Origin: Patescibacteria group bacterium
Lineage (GTDB): Bacteria > Patescibacteriota > Saccharimonadia > CAILAD01 > BJGX01
Direction: 5' to 3'
DNA: 64,000 nt
NCBI GenBank assembly: GCA_030917065.1
Contig: JAUPVL010000018.1
Coordinates: 2,568 to 66,567 of the forward strand
Made by a program: the position numbers and the translations under genes. Numbering within the stretch: the stretch's first letter is position 1; each line of letters starts with the position of its first letter. Shown here piece after piece: positions 9,665 through 18,521 of this stretch. The notes under the pieces are model-generated. The model was not told the DNA's origin. It saw nothing but the letters and a program-made list of their open reading frames with translations, and searched no databases.

Positions 9665-10042
9665 ATGAAAAAAACACTTCTTTTGATTGAAAATGACAAG
9701 ATTTTGCTCGATATGTATGCCATCAAATTCAAGAACGTAGGTTACAAAGTGGTAACAAAATCTGATGCCAAGACATCTCTTGAGTGGCTATCCAAGAACA
9801 CTGCGGACGTGATAATACTAGATATCATTTTGCCTAAGGTCAATGGCATCAAGCTGATCAAGAATATTCGTAGGGATCACAAGCACAAGCCCGTAAAAAT
9901 TGTTATTTTGACTCACCTCAATCATACAGATATCAATTTGAACACCACCATACGGGATAGTCTAGGAGTAGACGGTTATTTTGTAAAATCACAAATTGCT
10001 CCAGACAAACTCATAGAAACAGTTAAGACAATTACTGGATGA
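9665..10042 (+). CDS. single-domain response regulator (CheY-like receiver)
   Basis: Receiver fold: acidic pocket LLIEND…, phospho-acceptor Asp in VIILDIILP, conserved Thr/Lys region (VILTH…YFVKS). Confidence 0.8.
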   Translation: MKKTLLLIENDKILLDMYAIKFKNVGYKVVTKSDAKTSLEWLSKNTADVIILDIILPKVNGIKLIKNIRRDHKHKPVKIVILTHLNHTDINLNTTIRDSLGVDGYFVKSQIAPDKLIETVKTITG

Positions 10043-10749
10043 AGTATTACGAACTCAACTCATATATATTGGCTCGTAAGAACGTTTTTGAGGCAGATAA
10101 GATTATAACGTTGTTTTCATATGAGATGGGCAAATCTCAGGCGATTGCAAAAGGCGTAAGGTTATCTAAGGCAAAGTTGGCAGGCAATCTTGAGCCCTTC
10201 AACAAATGCAAACTAAGACTTGTAAAAGGTAGAAATCTAGATATCATAGTGGGGGTAGAGCCTGGCAAGATGCATGACTATTCCAGGCTCACTGCAGAAA
10301 GGTTGCAAGTATTGTATCTTATATCTGAGATACTCAGTCGCTTGAGTGCAGACCATCAGCCAAATACAGTAGCTTTTGATTTGTTCGAAGAATCTATCGA
10401 TGCTCTCATAGGTAGTATTGACCCAGTTCTTATTGCTCAATATTTTGGTCTGAATTTTTTACAATCAATTGGCTCCCAACCAGAATTAATAGATACCAAA
10501 CAGCACAGTAGGCACTATTTGGCATATGATTCTGGCAAGATAACTATGCTAAAACCCAACTCGCACTATGGAATCATATCAGAGCCAACGATCAAACTGT
10601 GGCGATTGATAGTTGCCCACAATATTACATATATCCAAAAGATCACTAACTTACAAAAGGCACTGGAGGAAGGGTACAAGTTGATGTTGCATTATTATGA
10701 GTATCATTTCGACTTCCAGCCCAAAAGCCTAAAAGTTTTTCAAGATTAA
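10039..10749 (+). CDS. recO: DNA repair protein RecO
   Basis: N-terminal OB-fold pattern (…EADKIITLFSYEMGKSQAIAKGVRLSKAKLAGNLEPF…) is typical of RecO. 4-nt overlap with the upstream receiver gene. recO-glyQS linkage as in Firmicutes. Confidence 0.75.
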   Translation: MKYYELNSYILARKNVFEADKIITLFSYEMGKSQAIAKGVRLSKAKLAGNLEPFNKCKLRLVKGRNLDIIVGVEPGKMHDYSRLTAERLQVLYLISEILSRLSADHQPNTVAFDLFEESIDALIGSIDPVLIAQYFGLNFLQSIGSQPELIDTKQHSRHYLAYDSGKITMLKPNSHYGIISEPTIKLWRLIVAHNITYIQKITNLQKALEEGYKLMLHYYEYHFDFQPKSLKVFQD

Positions 10750-10773
10750 GTCCAGTAGGGTATAATAAGTCAC

Positions 10774-12129
10774 ATGGGAAAAACAAATCTTTCTATGGAG
10801 CAACTAGTCAGCTACGCCAAGCGGCGTGGTTTTGTGTTTCAATCTTCTGAAATATACGGAGGAATAGCTGGGTTTTACGATTTTGGGCCTTATGGTGCTG
10901 AGCTAGCCGATAACATCAAGTCATCTTGGTGGCGGCATTTTGTATACAACAATTTCAATGTAGTGGGTCTTAATTCCTCAATCATACAAAACTCCAAGCT
11001 ATGGCAAGCAAGTGGGCACGTCGACACTTTTGTGGACCCTATGGTAGATTGCCGTAGTTGTAAGCATAGATTTCGTGCCGACCACGTAGCCGAGATAGAT
11101 ACCAATAACCTTACTAAACTCAACGAAGCCTTAGCAGATAAGTCTTGCCCAAATTGTGGCGAAAAAAACAGCCTTACTGAGGCGCGAAATTTCCAGATGA
11201 TGTTTAAGACTTTTGTAGGTCCAGTAGAAGACGACGCAGCCACCACATATCTACGTCCTGAGACAGCCGGTGGTATATTTGCACAATACGACAACGTCCG
11301 AGAAACAACCCGCAAAAAACTGCCATTTGGCATAGCTCAGATAGGCAAGGCTTTTCGCAACGAGATTACTCCTGGTGATTTTATCTTTCGAGTGCGAGAA
11401 TTTACTCAGATGGAACTAGAGATATTTACCAAGCCTGAAGAGGCTGACAAGTGGTTTGAGTTCTGGAAAGATTATTGTCTGGAATGGGTCAAGGGTCTCG
11501 GTATATCACAGGACAATCTAAGATGGCATGAGCACTCTGAAGAAGAACGAGCACACTATGCTGCCGCAAGTACAGATATACAATACAAATTTCCTTTTGG
11601 ATTCAAAGAGCTATACGGAGTAGCCAATCGTACAGACCACGACCTCAAGAGTCATATGAAGGTGTCTGGTAAGGATTTGAATTACTTCGATGAAGAGACG
11701 GGCAAGAACATCGTACCGTATGTGATAGAGCCTTCAGTGGGCGTAGAAAGACTATTCATGGCTGTGATGCTCGATGCTTATCACGAAGAAGAAGTTGATG
11801 GTGAGAAACGAATAGTTATGAAATTTCATCCAGATCTAGCACCCGTCAAAGTAGCCGTACTACCACTGAGCAAGAAGACGGAACTCAGCGATGTCGCTAA
11901 AGACGTGTTTAAGTCTATCGCAGGGGAATACAACGTTGAGTACGACGAAACCCAATCTATCGGTAAGCGTTACCGTAGACAGGATGAGATCGGCACACCT
12001 TACTGTGTGACAGTAGATTTCGAGAGCCTAGAAGATCAAGCAGTAACGGTACGAGATAGAGATAGCATGAAACAAGAGAGAGTAAAGATGGGTGAGCTTA
12101 AGAGCTATTTGGAAGGAAAGCTTAAATGA
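10774..12129 (+). CDS. glyQS: glycyl-tRNA synthetase (dimeric class II, GlyQS type)
   Basis: N-terminus MEQLVSYAKRRGFVFQSSEIYGG…FYDFGPYG is diagnostic of alpha2 GlyRS. Class II motifs present. Confidence 0.9.
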   Translation: MGKTNLSMEQLVSYAKRRGFVFQSSEIYGGIAGFYDFGPYGAELADNIKSSWWRHFVYNNFNVVGLNSSIIQNSKLWQASGHVDTFVDPMVDCRSCKHRFRADHVAEIDTNNLTKLNEALADKSCPNCGEKNSLTEARNFQMMFKTFVGPVEDDAATTYLRPETAGGIFAQYDNVRETTRKKLPFGIAQIGKAFRNEITPGDFIFRVREFTQMELEIFTKPEEADKWFEFWKDYCLEWVKGLGISQDNLRWHEHSEEERAHYAAASTDIQYKFPFGFKELYGVANRTDHDLKSHMKVSGKDLNYFDEETGKNIVPYVIEPSVGVERLFMAVMLDAYHEEEVDGEKRIVMKFHPDLAPVKVAVLPLSKKTELSDVAKDVFKSIAGEYNVEYDETQSIGKRYRRQDEIGTPYCVTVDFESLEDQAVTVRDRDSMKQERVKMGELKSYLEGKLK

Positions 12130-12854
12130 GAACAGTTCTTGTGACTGGTTCAACTTCTGGTATTGGCTTAGCAACAGCACGCTATTTCTATAAAAATGGT
12201 GATAAAGTAATTCTTAACTCATTTCAAAGAGATATAAACAATATTGTTCAGGATTTTGGCGACAAAGAAAGAGTAGATTTTATTTCAGCAGACATTTCAG
12301 TCAAGACAGCCATCGAGGATATGTGTATAGAAATTGAAAGTAAATATGGTGGACTTGATATATTAGTAGCAAACGCAGGTGTACTTCCATTGCCAGCAGG
12401 TATAGATGATATCACTGACGAAAACATTCATAAAACTGTAAATACAAACCTTATTGGTACATTTTATTGTCTACAAATGCTCGGTAAGCTTATTCAAAAG
12501 ACATCAAACCAAGGTTCGATTGTTAATCTTACGTCGGTCGACGGAATAATCGGGGAACCATACGGTGTTATTTATTCTGCGACCAAAGCTGGCATTATCT
12601 CTTTAACTAAATCATTCGCAAGAAAGTATAATGACCCACTAGTTAGAGTGAATGCTGTCGCACCGGGTCTCATAGATACACCACTTACAGACAGTACTGG
12701 GGAAAACCCAGAATGGACGACCGATGCTGCGGTAATAAAGCGAATCGGTAAGCCTGAAGAAATTGCTTCTTCAATATATTACCTGGCTTCAGACGATGCA
12801 TCGTATATTACTGGTCAAGTTTTAGCAGTAGATGGTGGCTTTACACTAAAATAA
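12126..12854 (+). CDS. SDR family oxidoreductase (FabG-like)
   Basis: Gly-rich TGSTSGIGLA and catalytic YSATKAG (YxxxK). Confidence 0.8.
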   Translation: MRTVLVTGSTSGIGLATARYFYKNGDKVILNSFQRDINNIVQDFGDKERVDFISADISVKTAIEDMCIEIESKYGGLDILVANAGVLPLPAGIDDITDENIHKTVNTNLIGTFYCLQMLGKLIQKTSNQGSIVNLTSVDGIIGEPYGVIYSATKAGIISLTKSFARKYNDPLVRVNAVAPGLIDTPLTDSTGENPEWTTDAAVIKRIGKPEEIASSIYYLASDDASYITGQVLAVDGGFTLK

Positions 12855-12868
12855 AATCTTATTTGTGT

Positions 12869-13366
12869 CTAGACCTTAAATATAAGTCCTACAGCTATAC
12901 CGATAGCTGCCGAAACACCGCCTATTACGAACACTTCTATAGCAGAGCGAAGAGGGCTCTTGTGAGTTATCTTGCCCTTGAGTACACCCAACAATATCAA
13001 CCCAATCAGAGCTGCTACTATGCTGACAGGTATGGCCTTGAGGTGATCCATAAACAAGTATGGAGCCAACGGCACAAGACCGGCCAACACATAAGATATA
13101 AATATTATCAAACTACTTAGGTAGGGACTAGCGGGCATCTTTTCGTTTTCCACGTCTTCTTCGGTTTGCTCTGAAACAAACTCACTAGCTGCCATCGAGA
13201 TAGATTCTACGGCTATCACCACAAACGCGGTAGTAAGAATAGCTTCTTTGCTACTTGCTGCTACGGCGATACCTGCCAATACACCGGTGGTAGATACTAG
13301 ACTGTCTTCAATACCAAAAAAAGAACTGTGTATGTAGTCGGCTGAGAACTTTCGTTTTGATTTCAT
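12869..13366 (-). CDS. VIT1/CCC1 family iron/manganese transporter
   Basis: GIEDSLVSTTGVLAGIA motif and about 5 TM helices. Confidence 0.65.
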   Translation of the reverse strand: MKSKRKFSADYIHSSFFGIEDSLVSTTGVLAGIAVAASSKEAILTTAFVVIAVESISMAASEFVSEQTEEDVENEKMPASPYLSSLIIFISYVLAGLVPLAPYLFMDHLKAIPVSIVAALIGLILLGVLKGKITHKSPLRSAIEVFVIGGVSAAIGIAVGLIFKV

Positions 13367-13500
13367 ACAAGTAGTATATCATCAAATATCATTCAAAATC
13401 AGCATAACTAGTTTCGATTCAGGTTCGTAAAACGTTATAAAAAGTCTATATAAAAGCAAAAAATATTTATGGAATATTGTGTGTTTGGAGTTTAAAACTA

Positions 13501-13556
13501 TTTACAGTGGGTATCTGTGGGTATTATAATAGTCTTAGTGGGTAAAAGTGGGTAAG
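13501..13556 (+). promoter_or_regulatory. mraZ promoter with four GTGGG(TA) direct repeats (MraZ operator)
   Basis: GTGGG at 13507-11, 13517-21, 13538-42 and 13548-52, spaced 10/21/10 bp. -35 ttacag (13502-07), 17 bp, TATAAT (13525-30). Confidence 0.55.
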
Positions 13557-13569
13557 AAAAAGAAATTAT

Positions 13570-13920
13570 ATGGATTACTTCGAAAGAAAACTAGATGATA
13601 AAAACCGACTTACAATACCCTCGCAACTAAGAGAAGAATTCGGGAATAGCGTGGTTATCACACCAGGGTTCAAAGGTTATCTACATCTTTATCCAGAGAG
13701 TGTCTGGAATGATGAGATGGAATCTGCCTTGCAGGGTGATATTCTCGATGAACATACAGCCGATCTCAATGTACGTTTTCGAGCTGGCAAAACAATTGCC
13801 ACTCTCGATGACAAGCAAGGTCGGATTACTCTTGAAGCTCATCACATGAAGCTTTTGGAAGGCAACAAAGACGTGATTGCAGTCAGAGCCGGTAAATACT
13901 TCCGACTCAGCGCTCAATGA
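13570..13920 (+). CDS. mraZ: transcriptional regulator MraZ
   Basis: MDYFERKLDDKNRLTIPSQLREEF…VVITPGFKGYLHLYP is the duplicated MraZ/SpoVT-AbrB-like motif. First gene of the dcw cluster. Confidence 0.85.
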   Translation: MDYFERKLDDKNRLTIPSQLREEFGNSVVITPGFKGYLHLYPESVWNDEMESALQGDILDEHTADLNVRFRAGKTIATLDDKQGRITLEAHHMKLLEGNKDVIAVRAGKYFRLSAQ

Positions 13921-14119
13921 CCAGACAGACGCGGCTTTATGTGATGGTCTTTTAAAGACAATTGCTCATTAATAACAAAATAAAAACAAAAAGATAAAAC
14001 AAAAATCAAAGTTAACTATTTGGCAGTCAGTACGCGTTTACTGGAGGGTGACGCGTAAAATAATACTCTTGTACATATATGCAACAAAAAACTCCACCTC
14101 ACAAACTATCTCTACAAAA

Positions 14120-14143
14120 CAAGGACTTATCAACAAGTCCTTG
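14120..14143 (+). promoter_or_regulatory. perfect 9-6-9 palindrome caaggactt-atcaac-aagtccttg
   Basis: Seen directly in sequence. Lies about 90 bp upstream of the rsmH ATG and has no U-tract after it. Confidence 0.4.
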
Positions 14144-14234
14144 CCACACAGTTTATTCAAAACATAGAATAAACACAAGATTCAAAAACAAAAATCAAAA
14201 ACAAATAACTGGCTGCTGAATAGGTAACCTTGAC

Positions 14235-15137
14235 ATGAACAGACACATACCAGTTTTATTGAGTGAGTTGTTAGAAATATTGAATCCTATAGAAGGTGAA
14301 GATTTTGCGGATTTAACGGCCGGATACGGCGGACATAGCGAAGCTTTGCTGGAAAAAGTAGGAGACAAAGGATCTGGATATTTATTTGACAAGGACTCTG
14401 AGGCTGTAAAATACCTCAGACACAAGTTTGAAACAAATAAAAATATCAATATCTATCAAACTGATTTTGCCGATATAGATTGGGATACAGACATACCTCA
14501 AGTCGACATTATAATAGCCGACATAGGTGTAAGCTCACCTCAGCTAGACGACACCGAAAGGGGGTTTAGCTTCAAGTCAGATGCACGATTGGACATGCGG
14601 ATGAATCAACAGCAAGAACTCGATGCTTATACAGTGATAAACACATATAGTGAGAAAGATCTGGCTGACATATTCTACAGATACGGCGAAGAACATAGCA
14701 GTAGACGGATAGCCAAGGCCATAGCTAATGCCCGTAAAAAAGCTCCTATTCAATCGACCGTCGAGCTCGCAGACTTGATAGCAGGCTCTACTCACAATAA
14801 AACCGGAAAAATTCATCCCGCTACGAAATGCTTTCAAGCCATCAGGATAGAGGTCAACCAAGAGCTAGATGCACTCGAGAAACTACTACAATCAGCTCCA
14901 AAGCATCTAAATGCAGGCGGCAGACTGGCTATCATTAGCTTCCATTCATTGGAAGATCGGATGGTCAAGCAGGCATTCAATAAACTATGCAAACCAGAAA
15001 AAGATGAGTTTGGTCAAAATGTGTCAAAACCAGAATACAAAAGTGTTACCAAAAAGCCCATAAAAGGCTCTGAATATGATAAATCAAATCCACGTGCGAG
15101 AAGTGCAAAACTTCGAGTCGTCGAGAAAATAAATTAA
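14235..15137 (+). CDS. rsmH: 16S rRNA (cytosine1402-N4)-methyltransferase RsmH
   Basis: HIPVLLSELLEIL…DLTAGYGGHSEALL is the RsmH/MraW signature. dcw context. Confidence 0.9.
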   Translation: MNRHIPVLLSELLEILNPIEGEDFADLTAGYGGHSEALLEKVGDKGSGYLFDKDSEAVKYLRHKFETNKNINIYQTDFADIDWDTDIPQVDIIIADIGVSSPQLDDTERGFSFKSDARLDMRMNQQQELDAYTVINTYSEKDLADIFYRYGEEHSSRRIAKAIANARKKAPIQSTVELADLIAGSTHNKTGKIHPATKCFQAIRIEVNQELDALEKLLQSAPKHLNAGGRLAIISFHSLEDRMVKQAFNKLCKPEKDEFGQNVSKPEYKSVTKKPIKGSEYDKSNPRARSAKLRVVEKIN

Positions 15138-15161
15138 ACAAAAACAAAAGGAGGGTTAGAA

Positions 15162-15233
15162 ATGACCTTAGCAATCAAAAACGAAAGTCCACGAGCTAGA
15201 AAGCTAAAAGTTCGCGTAATCAAAGTAAGATAA
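15162..15233 (+). CDS. tiny basic ORF (23 aa) with a strong SD
   Basis: aaaaggaggg lies 6 nt before the ATG. Product MTLAIKNESPRARKLKVRVIKVR. Sits between rsmH and ftsL. Confidence 0.2.
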   Translation: MTLAIKNESPRARKLKVRVIKVR

Positions 15234-15322
15234 TTTAGACAATCTAGTTTCTTAAAGCTTTAGTAAACTACTACAAAAACAAAAACAAAAACAAAAAAAT
15301 AACAAAAACAAAAGGAGAATCA

Positions 15323-15649
15323 ATGTCAACAGCTACCGCAACGCTACGAAGAAATCAAAATATTACCCGAAATAGACTAGAGTTTCAGACTGGTCCAATA
15401 ACTGCCGGAGTAATGCTTCTTGCGCTAGTGATATTGCTATCCTTGTTGTATCTCAATCAAGTAACTAAGACATCTTTGTACAATTACAAGATCTCAAATC
15501 TTCAAAACACCCAATCAAAGTTAGAAACTGAAAAACAGAACCTACAGATTGAAGCTGCTCGGGCACAGTCCATAGCAGAGAGCAAATCAAAGGCTGCTAG
15601 TGCAGGTTTAGTAAAAACCGATACGGTATCATTCGTACAGGGTCGATGA
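15323..15649 (+). CDS. ftsL: cell division protein FtsL-like
   Basis: Single TM helix then a coiled-coil (…LQNTQSKLETEKQNLQIEAARAQ…). Sits at the ftsL slot between rsmH and ftsI. Confidence 0.55.
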   Translation: MSTATATLRRNQNITRNRLEFQTGPITAGVMLLALVILLSLLYLNQVTKTSLYNYKISNLQNTQSKLETEKQNLQIEAARAQSIAESKSKAASAGLVKTDTVSFVQGR

Positions 15650-15731
15650 TTGTGACCCGTTTTCAATATTATCAATTTTATTGCCATAAAAGGTATCAAA
15701 TAAGTTAAAATAGTATTGGGAAAGGACCATA

Positions 15732-17462
15732 ATGCAAGCGCAAACTCAAGATAGCTGGCGACTATATACACTTGGAATATTGTTTATTTTATTCTGGCTA
15801 CTTGTAGTTGGAAGGCTTGTCTATATTCAGGTATTTCAGGCCAAGAATTATGCAGCCAAAGCATCGATACAACAATCTAGAAAATTTGAGATTCCTGCTC
15901 AAAGGGGAATAGTATATATAAAAGATTCTCAAGATTTATACCCCATAGCACTCAACAACAAGGTCTACACGTTAGCAGTAGACCCCAAGTTCGTAAAAGA
16001 CGCTGATAATACAGCCAAAAAACTTAATGAAATATTGAATACCAACCAGGACGATATAAAAAACCAATTAACCAAAGATAGTCGTTATATTGAGATCAAT
16101 AAATCTATCAATACTGACCAAGCAGACAAAATCAAGGCATTTTCGTTACCCGGGGTTATACTGGTAGAAAGAGCTAGTCGATTTTACCCCGAGGGATCAC
16201 TATTCTCTCATGTATTGGGTTACGTCAATGATGACGGTAAGGGGCAGTATGGCTTTGAACAATTTAGCGATGAGGCCATGGGGGGAACAAATGGTCAATA
16301 CAATACTGCCACGGATGCCTTAGGCATACCTATTAGGAGTGCAGACAACACCATCAGTGATCCAGTGGCTGGCAAGAGCTATGTGCTGACGCTAGATAGG
16401 GGATTGCAGGCAGTTGCGCAAGAAGCACTCAAGCAGGCCATAGAGTCCAATCGTGCAGAATCAGGCAGTATTTTGGTGATGGATGTAAAGACTGGTGCGA
16501 TAAAGGCAATGGTGAACTACCCAGACTACGATCCAAACAATTTCCGTCAGGTTAAAGATTACAAGGTATTCTCAAATACTGCAGTTTCAAGCTTGTTTGA
16601 GCCGGGTAGTGGATTCAAGGTCATAACTATGGCGGCCGGACTAGATACCGGTAAGATAGAGCCAAATACTACATTTAACGATACCGGAGAAGTGAAGGTC
16701 GGTGATAAGGTGATTAAAAACGCCGAAAACCACAAATTTGGTATTTCTACCATGACTGACGTGATACAGAAATCTTTAAACACTGGTGTTGTTTTTGTAC
16801 TCCAGTCTCTTGGTGGAACCTCAGGCAAGATAACACCCGAAGGCAAACAGCTGTTTTTCAGTTACATAGAGAAATTTGGTTTTGGTAAAATAACAGGTAT
16901 TGAACAAGCCGGTGAAGTGAGTAGCAAGGTAAAACAACCTAGTACCTATGACGTAGACTATGCCAACATGAGCTTTGGGCAGGGCATTTCGGTCAATTCA
17001 TTGCAACTTCTTACTGCCGTAGGGGCAATTGCAAACAAAGGCGATCTCATGAAGCCATATCTTGTAGAGGGGGAGTTGCAAAGCGATCAGACACTTAAAA
17101 AAACTCAACCTCAAGTAGTGAGAAATGTCATAAGTCCCGAATCAGCAGCCGAATTGACTCAGATTATGACCCAAGTAGTAGAGAAAGGGTCTGGGTATCT
17201 TACCAAGATGAAAGGTTACCAGATAGCCGGTAAGACAGGAACAGCCCAAGTGCCTAGAAGTGACGGCAAGGGGTATGAAGAAAACAAGAATATTGGTAGT
17301 TTTGTAGGATTCGCGCCTGCAGAAGATCCAAAATTTGTGATGTTGGTAAGAGTAGATTACCCTAAAACGGAAGGATTTGCCGAAAAAACAGCAGTTCCAG
17401 CATTTGCTGTAGTAGCGAAGGAGCTGATGCGTTATTATCAAGTTCCGCCAAGTGTAAATTAG
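15732..17462 (+). CDS. ftsI: penicillin-binding protein 2 / FtsI-type transpeptidase
   Basis: N-terminal TM helix and transpeptidase motifs SGFK (SxxK), SLN (SxN), KTGTA (KTG). Confidence 0.85.
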   Translation: MQAQTQDSWRLYTLGILFILFWLLVVGRLVYIQVFQAKNYAAKASIQQSRKFEIPAQRGIVYIKDSQDLYPIALNNKVYTLAVDPKFVKDADNTAKKLNEILNTNQDDIKNQLTKDSRYIEINKSINTDQADKIKAFSLPGVILVERASRFYPEGSLFSHVLGYVNDDGKGQYGFEQFSDEAMGGTNGQYNTATDALGIPIRSADNTISDPVAGKSYVLTLDRGLQAVAQEALKQAIESNRAESGSILVMDVKTGAIKAMVNYPDYDPNNFRQVKDYKVFSNTAVSSLFEPGSGFKVITMAAGLDTGKIEPNTTFNDTGEVKVGDKVIKNAENHKFGISTMTDVIQKSLNTGVVFVLQSLGGTSGKITPEGKQLFFSYIEKFGFGKITGIEQAGEVSSKVKQPSTYDVDYANMSFGQGISVNSLQLLTAVGAIANKGDLMKPYLVEGELQSDQTLKKTQPQVVRNVISPESAAELTQIMTQVVEKGSGYLTKMKGYQIAGKTGTAQVPRSDGKGYEENKNIGSFVGFAPAEDPKFVMLVRVDYPKTEGFAEKTAVPAFAVVAKELMRYYQVPPSVN

Positions 17463-17492
17463 TAATAAATCTGATAAAATAAGCAATATAAT

Positions 17493-18518
17493 ATGTTTGA
17501 ATCAACCTTAAATACCGAATTAACCCACATCCTTTTACAGGGCTTTGTATGCTTTGTACTAGCTATGCTACTCACTCCTTTGTACACATATTTCGCATTC
17601 AAGTTTAAGCTATGGAAACAAATAAGAGACACCTCTACAACAGGTGAAAAAGCACCGGTTTTTCACAAGCTACACGCTGCAAAGCACAAAAGAAACATTC
17701 CTACCATGGCTGGGGTGATAGCTGTGGTAGCTGTAACTATCACCATGTTATTGATGAATTGGACAAGGTCACAAACATACTTACCAGTATTTGGCTTGGT
17801 AGCGGCTGGTGCAGTCGGCTTATTAGACGATTTTATCAATATTCGTGGCAACGGCAAAGGTGTAGCAGGGTTGAGATCGTCCTTGAAGTTCTTCTTGATA
17901 CTGGGTGTTGCACTGATAGGTGCACTGTATTTTTTCTACAAACTTGGATACAGCCAAATACACGTACCTGCAGTAGGTGACTTTGATATTGGGCTACTGT
18001 ATATTCCGCTTTTTGTCTTAGTAGTTATTTCTACGGCCAACGCTGTCAACATAGCCGATGGATTAGATGGTTTATCTGGAGGGCTACTAGCAAGCGCATT
18101 TGGTGCATATAGCGTTATAGCATTTGCCCAGGGCAATTATGGTATAGCGGGATTCTGCTTGGCAGTTGTTGGTGCGGTATTGAGCTATACTTGGTTCAAT
18201 ATCTTTCCAGCAAGATTCTTTATGGGTGATATAGGTTCTTTTGCGCTTGGGACCGCGCTAGGTATTGTCGCCATGCTGACTAATACGGTTTTCGTATTAC
18301 CAATCATAGGAGCGGTTTTTGTAATCGAGGCAGGCTCTAGTGTCATCCAAATATTTTCAAAAAAAGTATTCAAACGCAAAATATTCTTGTCTGCGCCAAT
18401 TCATCATCACCTGGAAGCAATTGGTTGGCCAGAAACAAAAGTGACCATGCGTCTCTGGATAATTGGAGCCGTCTGTGCTGGTTTTGGCACGCTGCTTGGT
18501 CTAATTACCAGGGTTTAA
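17493..18518 (+). CDS. mraY: phospho-N-acetylmuramoyl-pentapeptide transferase MraY
   Basis: NAVNIADGLDGL motif, polytopic membrane protein, dcw context. Confidence 0.9.
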   Translation: MFESTLNTELTHILLQGFVCFVLAMLLTPLYTYFAFKFKLWKQIRDTSTTGEKAPVFHKLHAAKHKRNIPTMAGVIAVVAVTITMLLMNWTRSQTYLPVFGLVAAGAVGLLDDFINIRGNGKGVAGLRSSLKFFLILGVALIGALYFFYKLGYSQIHVPAVGDFDIGLLYIPLFVLVVISTANAVNIADGLDGLSGGLLASAFGAYSVIAFAQGNYGIAGFCLAVVGAVLSYTWFNIFPARFFMGDIGSFALGTALGIVAMLTNTVFVLPIIGAVFVIEAGSSVIQIFSKKVFKRKIFLSAPIHHHLEAIGWPETKVTMRLWIIGAVCAGFGTLLGLITRV

Positions 18519-18521
18519 AAT

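Noticed and set aside
13521-13535. The shared string ggtattataatag at the mraZ promoter and again at 26036-26050
   Set aside because: The second copy faces into the 3' end of topA on the non-transcribed strand. It is most likely a coincidental AT-rich match, not a repeated element.
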